A stretch of 64,000 nt of DNA from an uncultured Bacteroidales bacterium. GTDB lineage: Bacteria > Bacteroidota > Bacteroidia > Bacteroidales > VadinHA17. The position numbers and the translations under genes were made by a program. Location: assembly GCA_963732115.1 (NCBI GenBank), contig CAVSYN010000024.1:66431-130430 (forward strand). The letters run 5' to 3'. Each line of letters opens with the position of its first letter. Position 1 is the first letter of the stretch. Under the pieces are notes generated by a model that was given only the letters and a program-made list of their open reading frames with translations, made no database searches and was not told the DNA's origin. Below are positions 37,373 to 47,735 of the stretch, piece after piece.

Positions 37373-38973
37373 ATGAAAAACAGGTTATTCCAATTAGTTG
37401 ACATTTTATTGGTTGTTTTTGTTTTGTCGGGCTGCAAAACCAGGGAAAATCAAAAAGCAACCATTGCTGCAATCGATAATTCCTGGCTCGAAGAAATGAC
37501 GATCAGCGGACTCCAGCGGGGCTACAGTGAGGGTAAGTTCACAGTGACCGAAGTAGTAACGGCCTACCTTGCCAGGATAACTGAGATTGACAAAAACGGA
37601 CCAGCCCTGAATTCAATTATAATTGTCAATCCCGATGCTTTAGCGATAGCAAAGGAACTTGATAAGGAGATGACTGAAGGCAAATCAAGGGGACCATTGT
37701 TTGGCATACCGGTTGTAATCAAGGATAATATCGACACTCACGACCGTATGCCAAACACAGCGGGGGCAACAGTTCTGAGGAATTCGTTCCCGAAAACCGA
37801 CAGCTGGGTTGCAAAAAAGCTCAGGGAAGCCGGAGCTGTAATAATTGCCAAATCAAATCTGAGCGAATGGGCAAACTTCCGCGGTAACGCTTCAACCAGT
37901 GGATGGAGCGGCATCGGTGGTCAGACAAAAAATCCATTCGTTCTCGACCGTAACCCATGCGGCTCCAGCTCAGGTTCGGGAGTTGCAGTTTCTGCAAATC
38001 TTTGCATGGTTGCAATCGGTACGGAAACTGATGGTTCAATAGTCTGTCCATCGAACAATAACGGGATTGTTGGTCTTAAAGCCTACGGTAGGACTTATCA
38101 GCAGGTCCGGGATAATTCCTATTTCTTTTACCCAGGATACTCCCGGGCCGATGGGACGAACTGTAGAAGATGTCGCTATATTACTTGGAGCTCTGACCGG
38201 GATTGATTCGACAGACTCAAAAACACTTGCATCCAAAGGCAACTCGTTTACTGATTACACCGGATCGCTGAAAAAAGATGGAATTGACGGGAAAACGGAT
38301 TGGAGTAATCAAAGGCTCTTCGTCCTACTCCTATAAAGTTGACACTCTTTTTAAACAGGCTATTTGCATTTCTTAAAAACAATGGTGCAGAAGTTATTGA
38401 AGTAGAACCTCCAAAGGGTTCTGATTATGAGAATGATGAATTCAATGTATTGCTTTATGAGTTTAAGGACGGACTAACCAAGTATTTTGCCAGCCTTGGA
38501 AATGAGGCACCGGTAAAAAACTTAAAGGAACTGATCGAATTCAACAAGTCGGACTCTGTGGAGCTGAGGTATTTTGACCAGAAGATACTTGAACAGGCAG
38601 AAAAAAAAGGAGACCTTTCTTCGCCGGATTATAAAAAGTCGCTTGACTAAAATGCTGAAAGCCACAAGGGAAAACGGGATTGACAAGATGATGAATGCAA
38701 ATGACCTTGATGCACTTGATTGCCCCGACTGGATCGGCTGCATGGAAAACCGACCTGATACTCGGCGATCACTTTGTGGGAGGAAGTTCATCACTTGCAG
38801 CAATTTCCGGTTATCCGGCCATCACTGTTCCAATGGGATTTATAGAAAATCTTCCGGTTGGCATTACATTCTTTGGAAGAGCATGGAGTGAACCGGTCCT
38901 TATCGAAATCGCGTATAGCTATGAACAGGGTACAAAACACAGAAAGGCACCGAAGTACATTGTTTCTGATTGA
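37373..38973 (+). pseudogene. amidase-signature family lipoprotein; at least 4 frameshifts
   Basis: ORFs 37373..38206, 38067..38336, 38339..38650 and 38695..38973 tile one amidase (GGSSSGSG, lipobox LSGCKT). Shifts fall at homopolymers, e.g. A4 at 38292-38295 and T3 at 38363-38365. Confidence 0.8.
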
Positions 38974-39004
38974 TATCTGGTTGACAAAGTCCTGTGATCC
39001 GTGT

Positions 39005-39196
39005 TCAGTCCTTCTTGGGATCCTCTTTAGGCTCTGCTTTCATTTTTTCGGGCTCATCCTCTACCTTTGAGGCCTTTTTGAAGTCTCTCAGACCCTGGCC
39101 AATACCTTTCATCAGTTCAGGTATTTTGCGCCCTCCAAAAAGCAGAACAACAACAAGGAGGATAAGTATTATTTCTGTAGCACCAAAATTTCCCAT
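39005..39196 (-). CDS. tatA: twin-arginine translocase TatA/TatE subunit
   Basis: 63 aa: [42 protein letters not shown]. Confidence 0.9.
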   Translation of the reverse strand: MGNFGATEIILILLVVVLLFGGRKIPELMKGIGQGLRDFKKASKVEDEPEKMKAEPKEDPKKD

Positions 39197-39302
39197 CTTT
39201 TCAAGTATTAAATATTCTATAAAGATACTTTAATTGGATTATAACTTCAAAATAAAAAAAACTTATGCGATTTTTTGCCTCTTACCTCTTACGCCACTGC
39301 CC

Positions 39303-39390
39303 CTGCCTACCGGCATGCAGGCGGCAGGCAGACCTTTAGAGAGTTTAAACTGAATTATATTTAGCCCCCCTTCAGGGGGGATGGGGGGTG
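39303..39390. repeat. intergenic GC-hairpin element R2
   Basis: CTGCCTACCG-(9 nt)-CGGCAGGCAG at 39303-39331. TTTAGC at 39360-39365. CCCCCC-TTCA-GGGGGG at 39365-39380. Then ATGGGGGGTG. Confidence 0.6.
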
Positions 39391-39415
39391 AATCTTGGTG
39401 TAATTTCCTGATATT

Positions 39416-41089
39416 TCAAATCTGTAATATTCCCCACGCCAGCAGAATGAGCAATCCAACAACCACCCAGCCCAGGTAAAAATCCTGACCAGATCCTCAC
39501 GGTACCGTTTGAAGAAATTAGTCCGCCGTTCCTTCTTGCTCCATCCCGGAAGATCAAGCAGCAAAAGATCATCCCCCGTTGCTGAAGCTAGTGGTTTTTT
39601 CCCATCTTCCTCTAACTCTTTTGCATCTGATTTTCTCCTCATGTTATCGAAGAAGCTTTCAATTTTTTCTTTTTCTTCCGGCTTTGTAAGAATGCTTACG
39701 AGCCAGAACATGAAAAATCCTGAAAGCATGGCAATTCCAAATGGACCAGGCTTCCATTTATAAACCAGCATCAGTTCTCCTGCTGTTAAATAATTAACAA
39801 TATAATATACTGATAATGAGACTAATTACAGCAACTGCTGCCCCATACCTGTTTGCCCTTTTCCAGATTATGCCACCCAGGAATATTATTCCCATGAACG
39901 CAGCAAGTGTTTCAGTAAACAGGAATCCGTTCAGTACATTTTTAATGCTGAGCGCAAACAGGACACCAAGAGCCGAAAGCCCTAATCCTGAGTATCGTCC
40001 CATCCACAGTACAGTACGATCGCTGGCATCGGGCTTTATATATTTCTTATAGAAATTCTTCGTGAACAGGGCACCTGTATTGACCATAAAATTCGAGCAT
40101 GCCGACATATTCGCTGCCACTATAGCTGACAGCATAAGTCCAACCAGTCCCGGGACCAGCAGCTTGCTGCAGGCATATCCAAATGCCATTTCAGGATCAG
40201 CCAGGGTTGCCTTGTTTTTGATTACGAGTGCGGCTACAACAAGTCCTGTCAAGCGCCCATCCTATCGTCACCAGCCGTTTGACCATTGATCCGAATGTCT
40301 GACCAATCCTGCCTGCCCTTTCGGTGTTGCCGGTTGCGCACATTGATATCATGTGAGGCTGTGCAGTTATCCCGACAATTCCATTCACTGCAAGCATGGC
40401 AATCGTGAATGCATCTATGCCGCTGGCGCTGTTGAATAGATCAAAAAAATGGTCCGGGAAGCACTGTTTTCATATAACCGAAACCGCCTATTTCCTTAAG
40501 ACCCAGACGGTATCAGCATGATTGACAAGGTAATTATAAGGAACGACTGAATGAAATCGGTATATGCTGCAGCGATCAGTCCGCCGACAAAGCTGTAAAG
40601 TATGAATGCCACAGTCATTCCAAGCACCACCATGTTCGGGGAAATAAGATTTCCTGTAGCAACCGAGATCACCTTTGCAGCTCCCTGGAGCATAACTCCC
40701 ATGTTAAACACAAAAAATGATATGGCAAACAGCGAATAGACCATTCCCATTGTGCTGCCGTACCTGTCTTCAATGATCTCTCCAACTGTTGTCCGTTCGC
40801 TTCGCCTGTAAAAGGGCGCTATCAGCCAGTAAAAGGGTGTTATCAGCATGTTCTTCCACTGGTACCAGATCGTAGCAAATCCATTGCTGAATGTTGCACC
40901 GGTCTGTGCTACAGGCATCTCAGCGTGTGTCCCGACCCCGAACGCCTGGCCGATCATAATGTACCATTTGAATTTTCTTCCTCCTCTGAAATAGCTGTCG
41001 CTGGTCTTTATCTTTCTTGAGATCCAGATCCCGAAGGTTGTAATTGAAACAAAGTAGCCGATCAGTACGATATAGTCAAGTGTGGTCAT
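39416..41089 (-). pseudogene. sodium:solute symporter family transporter; at least 4 frameshifts
   Basis: ORFs 40496..41089, 40197..40397, 39794..40252 and 39361..39771 tile one SSF protein. The likely true C-terminus ...WAGW-VVGLLILLAWGILQI ends at TGA 39416-39418. Confidence 0.75.
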
Positions 41090-41092
41090 TTT

Positions 41093-41161
41093 GGTGTGGG
41101 GTATGAGGTGTGAGGCTCTGGGTTTAGCTCCCCTCTCGGGAGAGGCAAGGGGGGGTTTTTT
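41093..41161. repeat. intergenic GC-hairpin element R3
   Basis: GT-rich run, TTTAGC at 41123-41128, hairpin CCTCT-CGGG-AGAGG at 41132-41145, then G7 T6. Confidence 0.55.
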
Positions 41162-41176
41162 GGAACAATGTTCCTA

Positions 41177-42326
41177 TTAGCTGACATTCCTTCCATTTAC
41201 CATCGTTTGTTTAATGATCATCCGGTTCCCATCCATTTCAAACAGTATCAGATCGGCTCTTTTACCGGTTTCCGATTGAGCCCCGGTCATTCAGATGGTA
41301 AATCCGGGCAACATTCCCGGTTGCCATATTGATTGCCTCACCCAGCGGGCAACCAGTGACGTTCATCATTGTTTCCACCCCTTTCTTCAGCGGCATTGAG
41401 GCACCGGCAAGGCAGTTTAGTACAGGATTTTTTACAAGCCCATCCTCTGTATAAACAACTTCGCTTCCGAAGTACATGTACCTTCCCGGAGGCATTCCGA
41501 TCAAATGGTTTACATCAGAAGTGATTACCATGTTTAACGGACCTTTAACCTTGTAAAAGACCTTTATCTCTTCGGGAAGAAGATGATGCCCGTCGGCAAT
41601 TACCGATGGCGTCAGAAGTTCATTTGCCAGTTGCGGCCACAGGGGATTACGGTGACGATCGATCAGGTTTGCACAACCGTTCCCGAGATGCGTGGAAAGT
41701 CTTGCACCTAATCAACAGCTATATTTATTTGTTCTGCAGAGGCATCCGTATGCCCGATTGCCACAATGATTTTATTCCTCATGCACAAGCTGATGAATTC
41801 CATTGCCCCATCCACTTCCGGACCGAGCGTGACCTGGATAATATTCCCTTCCGCAGCTTCCTGGTATTCACAGAATTCTTCCCAGGAAGGCTTTCTTATG
41901 AATTCAGCAGGATGGCAGCCATAAAACCCTTCAACCGGTGAAATGTAGGGACCTTCGAGATGAAACCCCGGGACAGATTCACGAATTTCACTTTCTTTCA
42001 AAGCTTCAGCCAGGTTCCTGAAATTTTTTAAGAAGGCTTTCATGGCTGTTGGTGATGATTGTTGGCAAAAAGCTGGTTACACCGTCTTTACGTATCGACC
42101 TGACTGCGGTTTTCATTTTTCCCGGGGTTAGTCCGGCATCCGAAAAATCTATACCTGAATATCCATTAACCTGGTTGTCGATAAGCCCCGGCGCAACATA
42201 CTGATTCCTGCGCTCCGGTGATAGTTGTGTTTCAGTTATGCTAACTATCAGCCCATCTTTGATTTCAATCCTTACAGGCTTACCGGTTTCATAATGAATT
42301 GCTTTTATTTCTTTTATGGTATTCAT
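41177..42326 (-). pseudogene. nagA: N-acetylglucosamine-6-phosphate deacetylase; 3 frameshifts
   Basis: ORFs 42006..42326 (APGLIDNQVNGYSGIDF), 41708..42043 and 41262..~41705 (GARLSTHLGNG). The C-terminus GKRADLILFEMDGNRMIIKQTMVNGRNVS is in another frame, ending at 41177. Confidence 0.8.
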
Positions 42327-42386
42327 AACTGTCTGTACTTAATTATTTTCCTTCATGATACGTAACAAAATTGGTCTTTTATTTTT

Positions 42387-42484
42387 TTACCACGGTGTTT
42401 CACTAATTTCACAGGGGGGCTGCGGGCAGTTAAAATGGGGTTTCTACTCCGTGATAAACTCCGTGCTACCCTGTGGTTAAGGTA
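42387..42484. repeat. about 98-bp imperfect palindromic element E1 (TTACCACGG ... CTGTGGTTAAGG)
   Basis: The arms contain CTCCGTG words. GTGGTTAA at 42473-42480 supplies the nagB stop codon. TTATTTTT occurs on both flanks (42379-42386 and 42485-42492). Confidence 0.6.
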
Positions 42485-43211
42485 TTATTTTTGAAGCAGA
42501 GTTCTTATCAATAAACAGATGCCAGTCAGGATGTGTTTTAAGCATTGTCGCCGGTACAGCAGGTGTAATTTCCGAGGTCAGTGTTTTAAATACAGCCTCT
42601 GCCTTGACAAGATGGGGAACTACTGAAACTATTGTCCTGCACTGTAAAATCTGCCAGACACTCATCGAAACTGCCTGGTCCGGAACATCATTTATTGTTT
42701 CGAACCATCCTTCGCTTACCTGCTGCATCTTGCACTCGTCATCAAGATTTACAACGATATAGGCATCACGGGTTTCAAAATCCGCAGGTGGATCATTAAA
42801 TGCAATGTGGCCGTTGACTCCGATGCCGATCAATCCAAGATCCACCGGCTTCCTCCTGATCTCAGTAGTTAATTGCCGGATATGGTCCTGCAATTTCTCC
42901 CTCAACATCCACACCGTGGAATTTCTTGAGGGTGATATGGTTTATAAACCTTTCCTTCAGATATTTCCTGAAGCTTGCCTTATGTGTAACCGGTAAACCT
43001 ATGTACTCATCGAGATGGAAGACTTCAACTTTCGGCCAGTCAATTTTTTCTTTCAGGAGAGCCTCAAACATCTCAAACTGTGAATTTCCTGTCGAAACAG
43101 CTATTCTTGCTTCTCCCTGTATGCTGAGTATCTCATTCAGTTTAGCTGAAATGAACACTGCAGCCATTGATTCCCAAGTTCTCCTGCATCGGTAGAAATC
43201 TGAATGTTCAT
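42477..43211 (-). pseudogene. nagB: glucosamine-6-phosphate deaminase; 2 frameshifts
   Basis: MNIQISTDAGELGNQ (ATG at 43211) shifts into ORF 42862..43167 and then ORF 42477..42914 (GIGVNGHIAFNDP). Confidence 0.8.
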
Positions 43212-43253
43212 ATAATCTAAAAATACAATGAAATAATTAAACAAGAATAATTA

Positions 43254-43339
43254 GGGCTAAAGCCCATTTGGTGGAGTTTGATTAACCACGGCCCTAAGGC
43301 CGTGGTCATTGAAAACAAGTTAGATACGGACTTTAGTCC
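43254..43339. repeat. intergenic triple-hairpin element R4
   Basis: GGGC-TAAA-GCCC at 43254-43265. ACCACGGCC-CTAA-GGCCGTGGT at 43285-43306, preceded by TTA giving TTAACCACGG. GGAC-TTTA-GTCC at 43328-43339. Confidence 0.6.
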
Positions 43340-43435
43340 ACAAATTCCAGGGAACTATCTATTTCCCTTTTCTCCGCCTCCATAAAAATAGAATATTAAA
43401 TTCACAAACGCAATTTTCTATCTTCACCAAAATTT

Positions 43436-45656
43436 TTGGAAATGATGTTCAGGCCTTCCCTAACCCTTACCGTGGTTTTTCTCTTTTGCTGCAGCAACTT
43501 GATCTTCAGTCAGCCCAGAGGTATTAACCGCGATAAATACCGCATTCATATTGTTCAGACAGACAAGCCGATAAATGTTGACGGCATACTTGATGAAGAA
43601 CAATGGAAAACAGCCGAACGCACACAGAAATTCCAGCGCGTCACACCTACCGATACAGGCTACGCAAAGGCTCAGACTGATGTAATGCTCACTTATGATA
43701 AATCAAATTTATATGTTGGAATCATATGCTATGATCCAACCCCCGGAAAAAGACCTGTTGAATCGCTGCGCAGGGATTACACCTTCATGAAGAATGATAA
43801 CTTCATGCTTTTTCTTAATACCTACAATGACCAGACAAACGGATTCGCATTTGGCATCTCGGCAGCTAATGCACAGACTGAAGGTCTTCAGTATGACGCT
43901 ACTAAAGTTGATTACAGCTGGGACATAAAGTGGAGATCAGCTGTCAAAAGCTATGATAACCGCTGGGTCTCTGAGTTCAGTATCCCTTTCCGGAGTATTC
44001 GTTACTTTGAGGGAGATAAGGAGTGGGGCATTAATTTTGGCCGGCTTGACCTTAAGAACAATGAGAAATCAGCCTGGGCACCCATGCCGCGGCAATTTCC
44101 GCATTGCTCTCTTCCCTTTGTGGGAACATTGGTATGGGATAAACCTATGGAGAAGGCAGGCCTGCGTTTTTCACTTATACCTTATGTTACAGCAAAGGCA
44201 ACAAAGGATTACGAGGCGGCTGAAAAGACCCACTGGAGTGGAAATGCAGGTTTCGATGCCAAGATGATCCTGTCGACATCGATGAACCTGGATCTTACGA
44301 TTAATCCCGACTATTCTCAGGTTGAGGTTGATAAACAGCAGACAAACCTCGACAGGTTTGAACTTTTCTTCCCGGAAAAACGACAGTTTTTCCTTGAGAA
44401 CAGCGACCTTTTTGCAAGCCTTGGCAGTGAAATTGTAAGGCCTTTCTTTTCAAGAAGGATTGGACTTGATAATCCGGTAATTGCCGGAGCACGTCTGAGC
44501 GGAAATATCGGGAACAGATGGAGGATCGGGGTTATGGATATGCAAACCGGTAATAAGAACGAAATCAATGCAGCCAACTATCTGGTGACTGTCCTCCAAC
44601 GGCTTATATTCAGCAGATCAAGTATTTCAGCATTTATAATAAATAAGCAGGTATTAAATACCAAAAATGATGAAACATATACCGGAAATCCTTATAACAG
44701 GATTGCCGGTCTTGAATATAATCTATCAAGCCCTGATAATCGATGGAACGGCAAGGTTTACTATCATCAGAATCTTGCGGAAAATATGAACATTAAAGAT
44801 GCTGCAATGGCAACCAATATTACATATTCATCACAGTATCTGACGGCAATCCTTAACCAGGGCCTTACCGGATCGGGTTAAATTGCAGAAACAGGATATG
44901 TAAGGAGAAAAGGGTATTATCAGCTGAATCGTTCCCTGCAGTATAAGTTCTTTCCAAAGAACAGCAAGATAGTAAGTCATGGACCTGCGGTGAAATTGAA
45001 TACTTATATGGATCCATACTCATCCTATTCACTTACGGACAGGGAAACACAATTATCGTATAGTATCGAATGGATGAACAAAAGTTCATTTTCAGCCGAC
45101 GTCAGGGAGAACATATATCAAGCTTCAGGCTCCTTTTGATCCTACCAATACCGATGGTTTGCAACTGGCCAGCGGTGATGATTTCAACTGGAAAGAGGTT
45201 GGGGCTACGTATACTTCAGATAACCGCAAAATGTTTAATGTTGTTCTTACAACCAGGTACGGAGGTTACTATAACGGGAACGGCTGACCCTGAGTGGTGA
45301 TCTTAATTACCGCGTCCAACCTTATGGAAGCATTGCTCTGTCAACGACCTACTATGATATTTCACTGCCATCACCATAAAAGTGCAAAGCTTCTTCTGTG
45401 GGACCACGATTCGACTTTACTTTTACCGATAAACTGTTTTTCACAAGTTTCATTCAGTATAATAACCAGATCGATAACTGAACCTCAATTTTCGATTCCA
45501 GTGGAGGTTCGCTCCGGTATCAGATCTTTTCATAGTGTATACCCAGAATTCCTTTGCTCGGATATGTTTGGCTCTTATAATGGGAATACCGGTCAGGACG
45601 GCTTTCGGGTTAAAAACCGGGGGCTGGTATTCAAACTGTCCTACTGGTTCAACTAA
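43436..45656 (+). pseudogene. CBM9-like/DUF5916-like outer-membrane-associated protein; intact to 44878, then an in-frame TAA (44879-44881) and at least 5 frameshifts
   Basis: ORF 43436..44881 (DGILDEEQWKTAERTQKF...). The same frame reopens after the TAA (IAETGYVRRKGY...). The remainder is spread over three frames and ends RGLVFKLSYWFN at 45656. Confidence 0.7.
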
Positions 45657-46957
45657 ACTTTATCAGGCACAACGTATGGTGCACGCGGAGGACGTGTAAG
45701 CAGGACATTGGCCTCATCGTCGTTAATAAATTTCTCTGCCAATGGATCAAACTTCAGCGTACGTCCTGTACGATAAGCAATGTTGCCGAGGTGTGCCAGT
45801 CCTGATGAAAGATGTGCAGTCTCAACCGGAGCGTTCAGGATTGACTTGTTATGTGCCCTGACAGCCTGAATGAAGTTTAGGAAATGGTCACCTCCCTCCT
45901 TCCGTTTCGGACCGGGTTTTTTATCTTTTCCAAGGAACGATTCATATGTATCATACCCGTTTACAACAAGGTAGCCTTCGCTTCCGTAGAAAATATTTCC
46001 TACACCAACACCGTTTTCCTCATTTGTTATCCATGGGCGCACTTCAAACTCGATTATCTTTTTCTCCTTTGGATAATAGTATGTGGAGGAGAGAACTTCA
46101 GGGGTAATTTTGGCATCATTGAACAGAAATTTTCCTCCGGCCGCAGTGATCTGTTCCGGCAGTCCGACATTCAGTCCCCACATGCAGAGATCGGTCTCAT
46201 GAACTCCCTGATTACCAACATCACCGTTTCCATAGTTCCATGTCCAGTGCCAGTTATAGTGAACAATATTCCTTGAGAAGGGCTGTTTTGCTGCCGGGCC
46301 TGTCCACAGATCATAATCCAAACCTTCCGGAATCGGTTCCGTACCTTTGTCGCCGATGTCGTCCCTCCACCTGAAAACAAGTCCTCTTGCCATATAGACG
46401 TTACCAATAAGACCGTCGCGCAGATGTTTTATTGCCTCCTGAACTGCCACAGAGCTCCGAAGCTGAACACCATGCTGAACAATCCTGTCGTATTTTGCAG
46501 CTGCCTCAACCATCCTTCTTCCTTCAACAACATTATGCGACCCCGGCTTTTCTACATAAACATCCTTGCCTGCCTGGCAGGCCCAGATAGTAGCAAGAGC
46601 GTGCCAGTGGTTCGGTGTTGCAATGCTCACAGCGTCAATTGATTTATCCTCATAGACTTTTCTGAGATCCTGTTGCTGAATTACCTTTTTACCATATTTC
46701 TTTTCGAATTCACCCGCCCGCTTGGCAAGCACAACCAGATCGGGGTCGCAGAGGCATGCAACCTCAACGTCAGGAAGGTTCATAAATCCTTCAATATGTG
46801 CAGTTCCGCGACCATTTACACCAAGAACTGCCAAACGGATCTTGTCGTTGGCACCAAAAGCGCTTGCAGGGATGATTGTTGGCATTGTCAGAAGTGCTGC
46901 AGCGCCAGCTGACTTCTGAATGAAGCTCCTTCGTGACACCTTGTTTTTTTCTTTCAT
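45653..46957 (-). CDS. TAT-signal Gfo/Idh/MocA-family oxidoreductase
   Basis: 434 aa with twin-arginine signal SRRSFIQKSAGAAALLTMP and Rossmann LAVLGVNGRGTAH. Its stop overlaps the convergent stop (CTAA). Confidence 0.85.
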   Translation of the reverse strand: MKEKNKVSRRSFIQKSAGAAALLTMPTIIPASAFGANDKIRLAVLGVNGRGTAHIEGFMNLPDVEVACLCDPDLVVLAKRAGEFEKKYGKKVIQQQDLRKVYEDKSIDAVSIATPNHWHALATIWACQAGKDVYVEKPGSHNVVEGRRMVEAAAKYDRIVQHGVQLRSSVAVQEAIKHLRDGLIGNVYMARGLVFRWRDDIGDKGTEPIPEGLDYDLWTGPAAKQPFSRNIVHYNWHWTWNYGNGDVGNQGVHETDLCMWGLNVGLPEQITAAGGKFLFNDAKITPEVLSSTYYYPKEKKIIEFEVRPWITNEENGVGVGNIFYGSEGYLVVNGYDTYESFLGKDKKPGPKRKEGGDHFLNFIQAVRAHNKSILNAPVETAHLSSGLAHLGNIAYRTGRTLKFDPLAEKFINDDEANVLLTRPPRAPYVVPDKV

Positions 46958-47072
46958 CTGTATGTTCGTTTAGGTTGTTAACTGGTCTTATTTAGTTTGT
47001 TAAGTTAAGAAAATACTTAATCGGATGGCTAAATTAATTTGTTAAAAGACTATAAATTAAAATCACTCCTTG

Positions 47073-47124
47073 CCCCAGCTTGGGGGATGAGTTCAACTAA
47101 GTGGTTGGGGATAGGTATCCTATC
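47073..47124. repeat. GC-hairpin pair downstream of the FAH-family gene (R5)
   Basis: CCCCA-GCT-TGGGG at 47073-47085. GATAGG-TAT-CCTATC at 47110-47124, overlapping the stop codon at 47120-47122. Confidence 0.45.
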
Positions 47125-47731
47125 TTATCACAAAATCAAGTACCTGCTTATCACCGAGGTAAGCAACAAGATGATCGTCCCTGTTAAGCGGACCAACTCC
47201 CGGAGGTGTTCCGGTAAAAATAAGATCACCTGTCTTGAGAGTAAAGAACCGGGAGACAAAGGATACTATTTCGTTAATTCCGAAGATCATATCAGAGGTA
47301 TTGCTCTTCTGGACTGTCTCATCATTGATATCCAGCCGGAAGCCGATGTTGCTGATGTCTTTGAATGAAGATACAGGCAAGAATTTCCCTATCGGCGCTG
47401 ATCCGTCAAAGCTTTTTGAAAGTTCCCAGGGAAGACCGGCTTTTGAAAACCTGCGCTGAAGGTCACGGGCTGTGATGTCAATGCCAAGGGTTACCTCGTC
47501 ATAATATCTTGCGGCAAACTTCTGCGTTATTCCCTTTCCGAGCCTGCAAATTTTTACCACAACCTCCACTTCATAATGCAGCTCAGATGAAAAATCAGGG
47601 AGAAAAAATGGCTTGTTGTTTTTTAGAATTGAAGAATCGGGTTTGAGGAACACGACCGGTTCAGATGGGAAAGGACGTCCCATCTCAATTGCATGTTTCC
47701 GGTAATTAAGTCCGATACAGATGATCTTCAT
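47120..47731 (-). CDS. fumarylacetoacetate hydrolase (FAH) family protein
   Basis: 203 aa with MKIICIGLNYRKHA...GDLIFTGTPPGVG, typical of the FAH fold. Confidence 0.85.
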   Translation of the reverse strand: MKIICIGLNYRKHAIEMGRPFPSEPVVFLKPDSSILKNNKPFFLPDFSSELHYEVEVVVKICRLGKGITQKFAARYYDEVTLGIDITARDLQRRFSKAGLPWELSKSFDGSAPIGKFLPVSSFKDISNIGFRLDINDETVQKSNTSDMIFGINEIVSFVSRFFTLKTGDLIFTGTPPGVGPLNRDDHLVAYLGDKQVLDFVIR

Positions 47732-47735
47732 TTTT

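Noticed and set aside
42379-42492. TTATTTTT on both sides of element E1 as a target-site duplication
   Set aside because: Recorded but not relied on. The repeat is T-rich low complexity in AT-rich intergenic DNA, and its offset from the palindrome ends differs between sides (2 nt versus 4-7 nt). Chance cannot be excluded.
20564-45656. Programmed ribosomal frameshifting or stop-codon recoding as an explanation for the split genes
   Set aside because: The breaks occur in many unrelated genes, in both +1 and -1 directions. They fall at ordinary homopolymers, without shared slippery heptamers or downstream structures. In-frame stops include both TAA and TAG. Sequencing error or decay is far more parsimonious.
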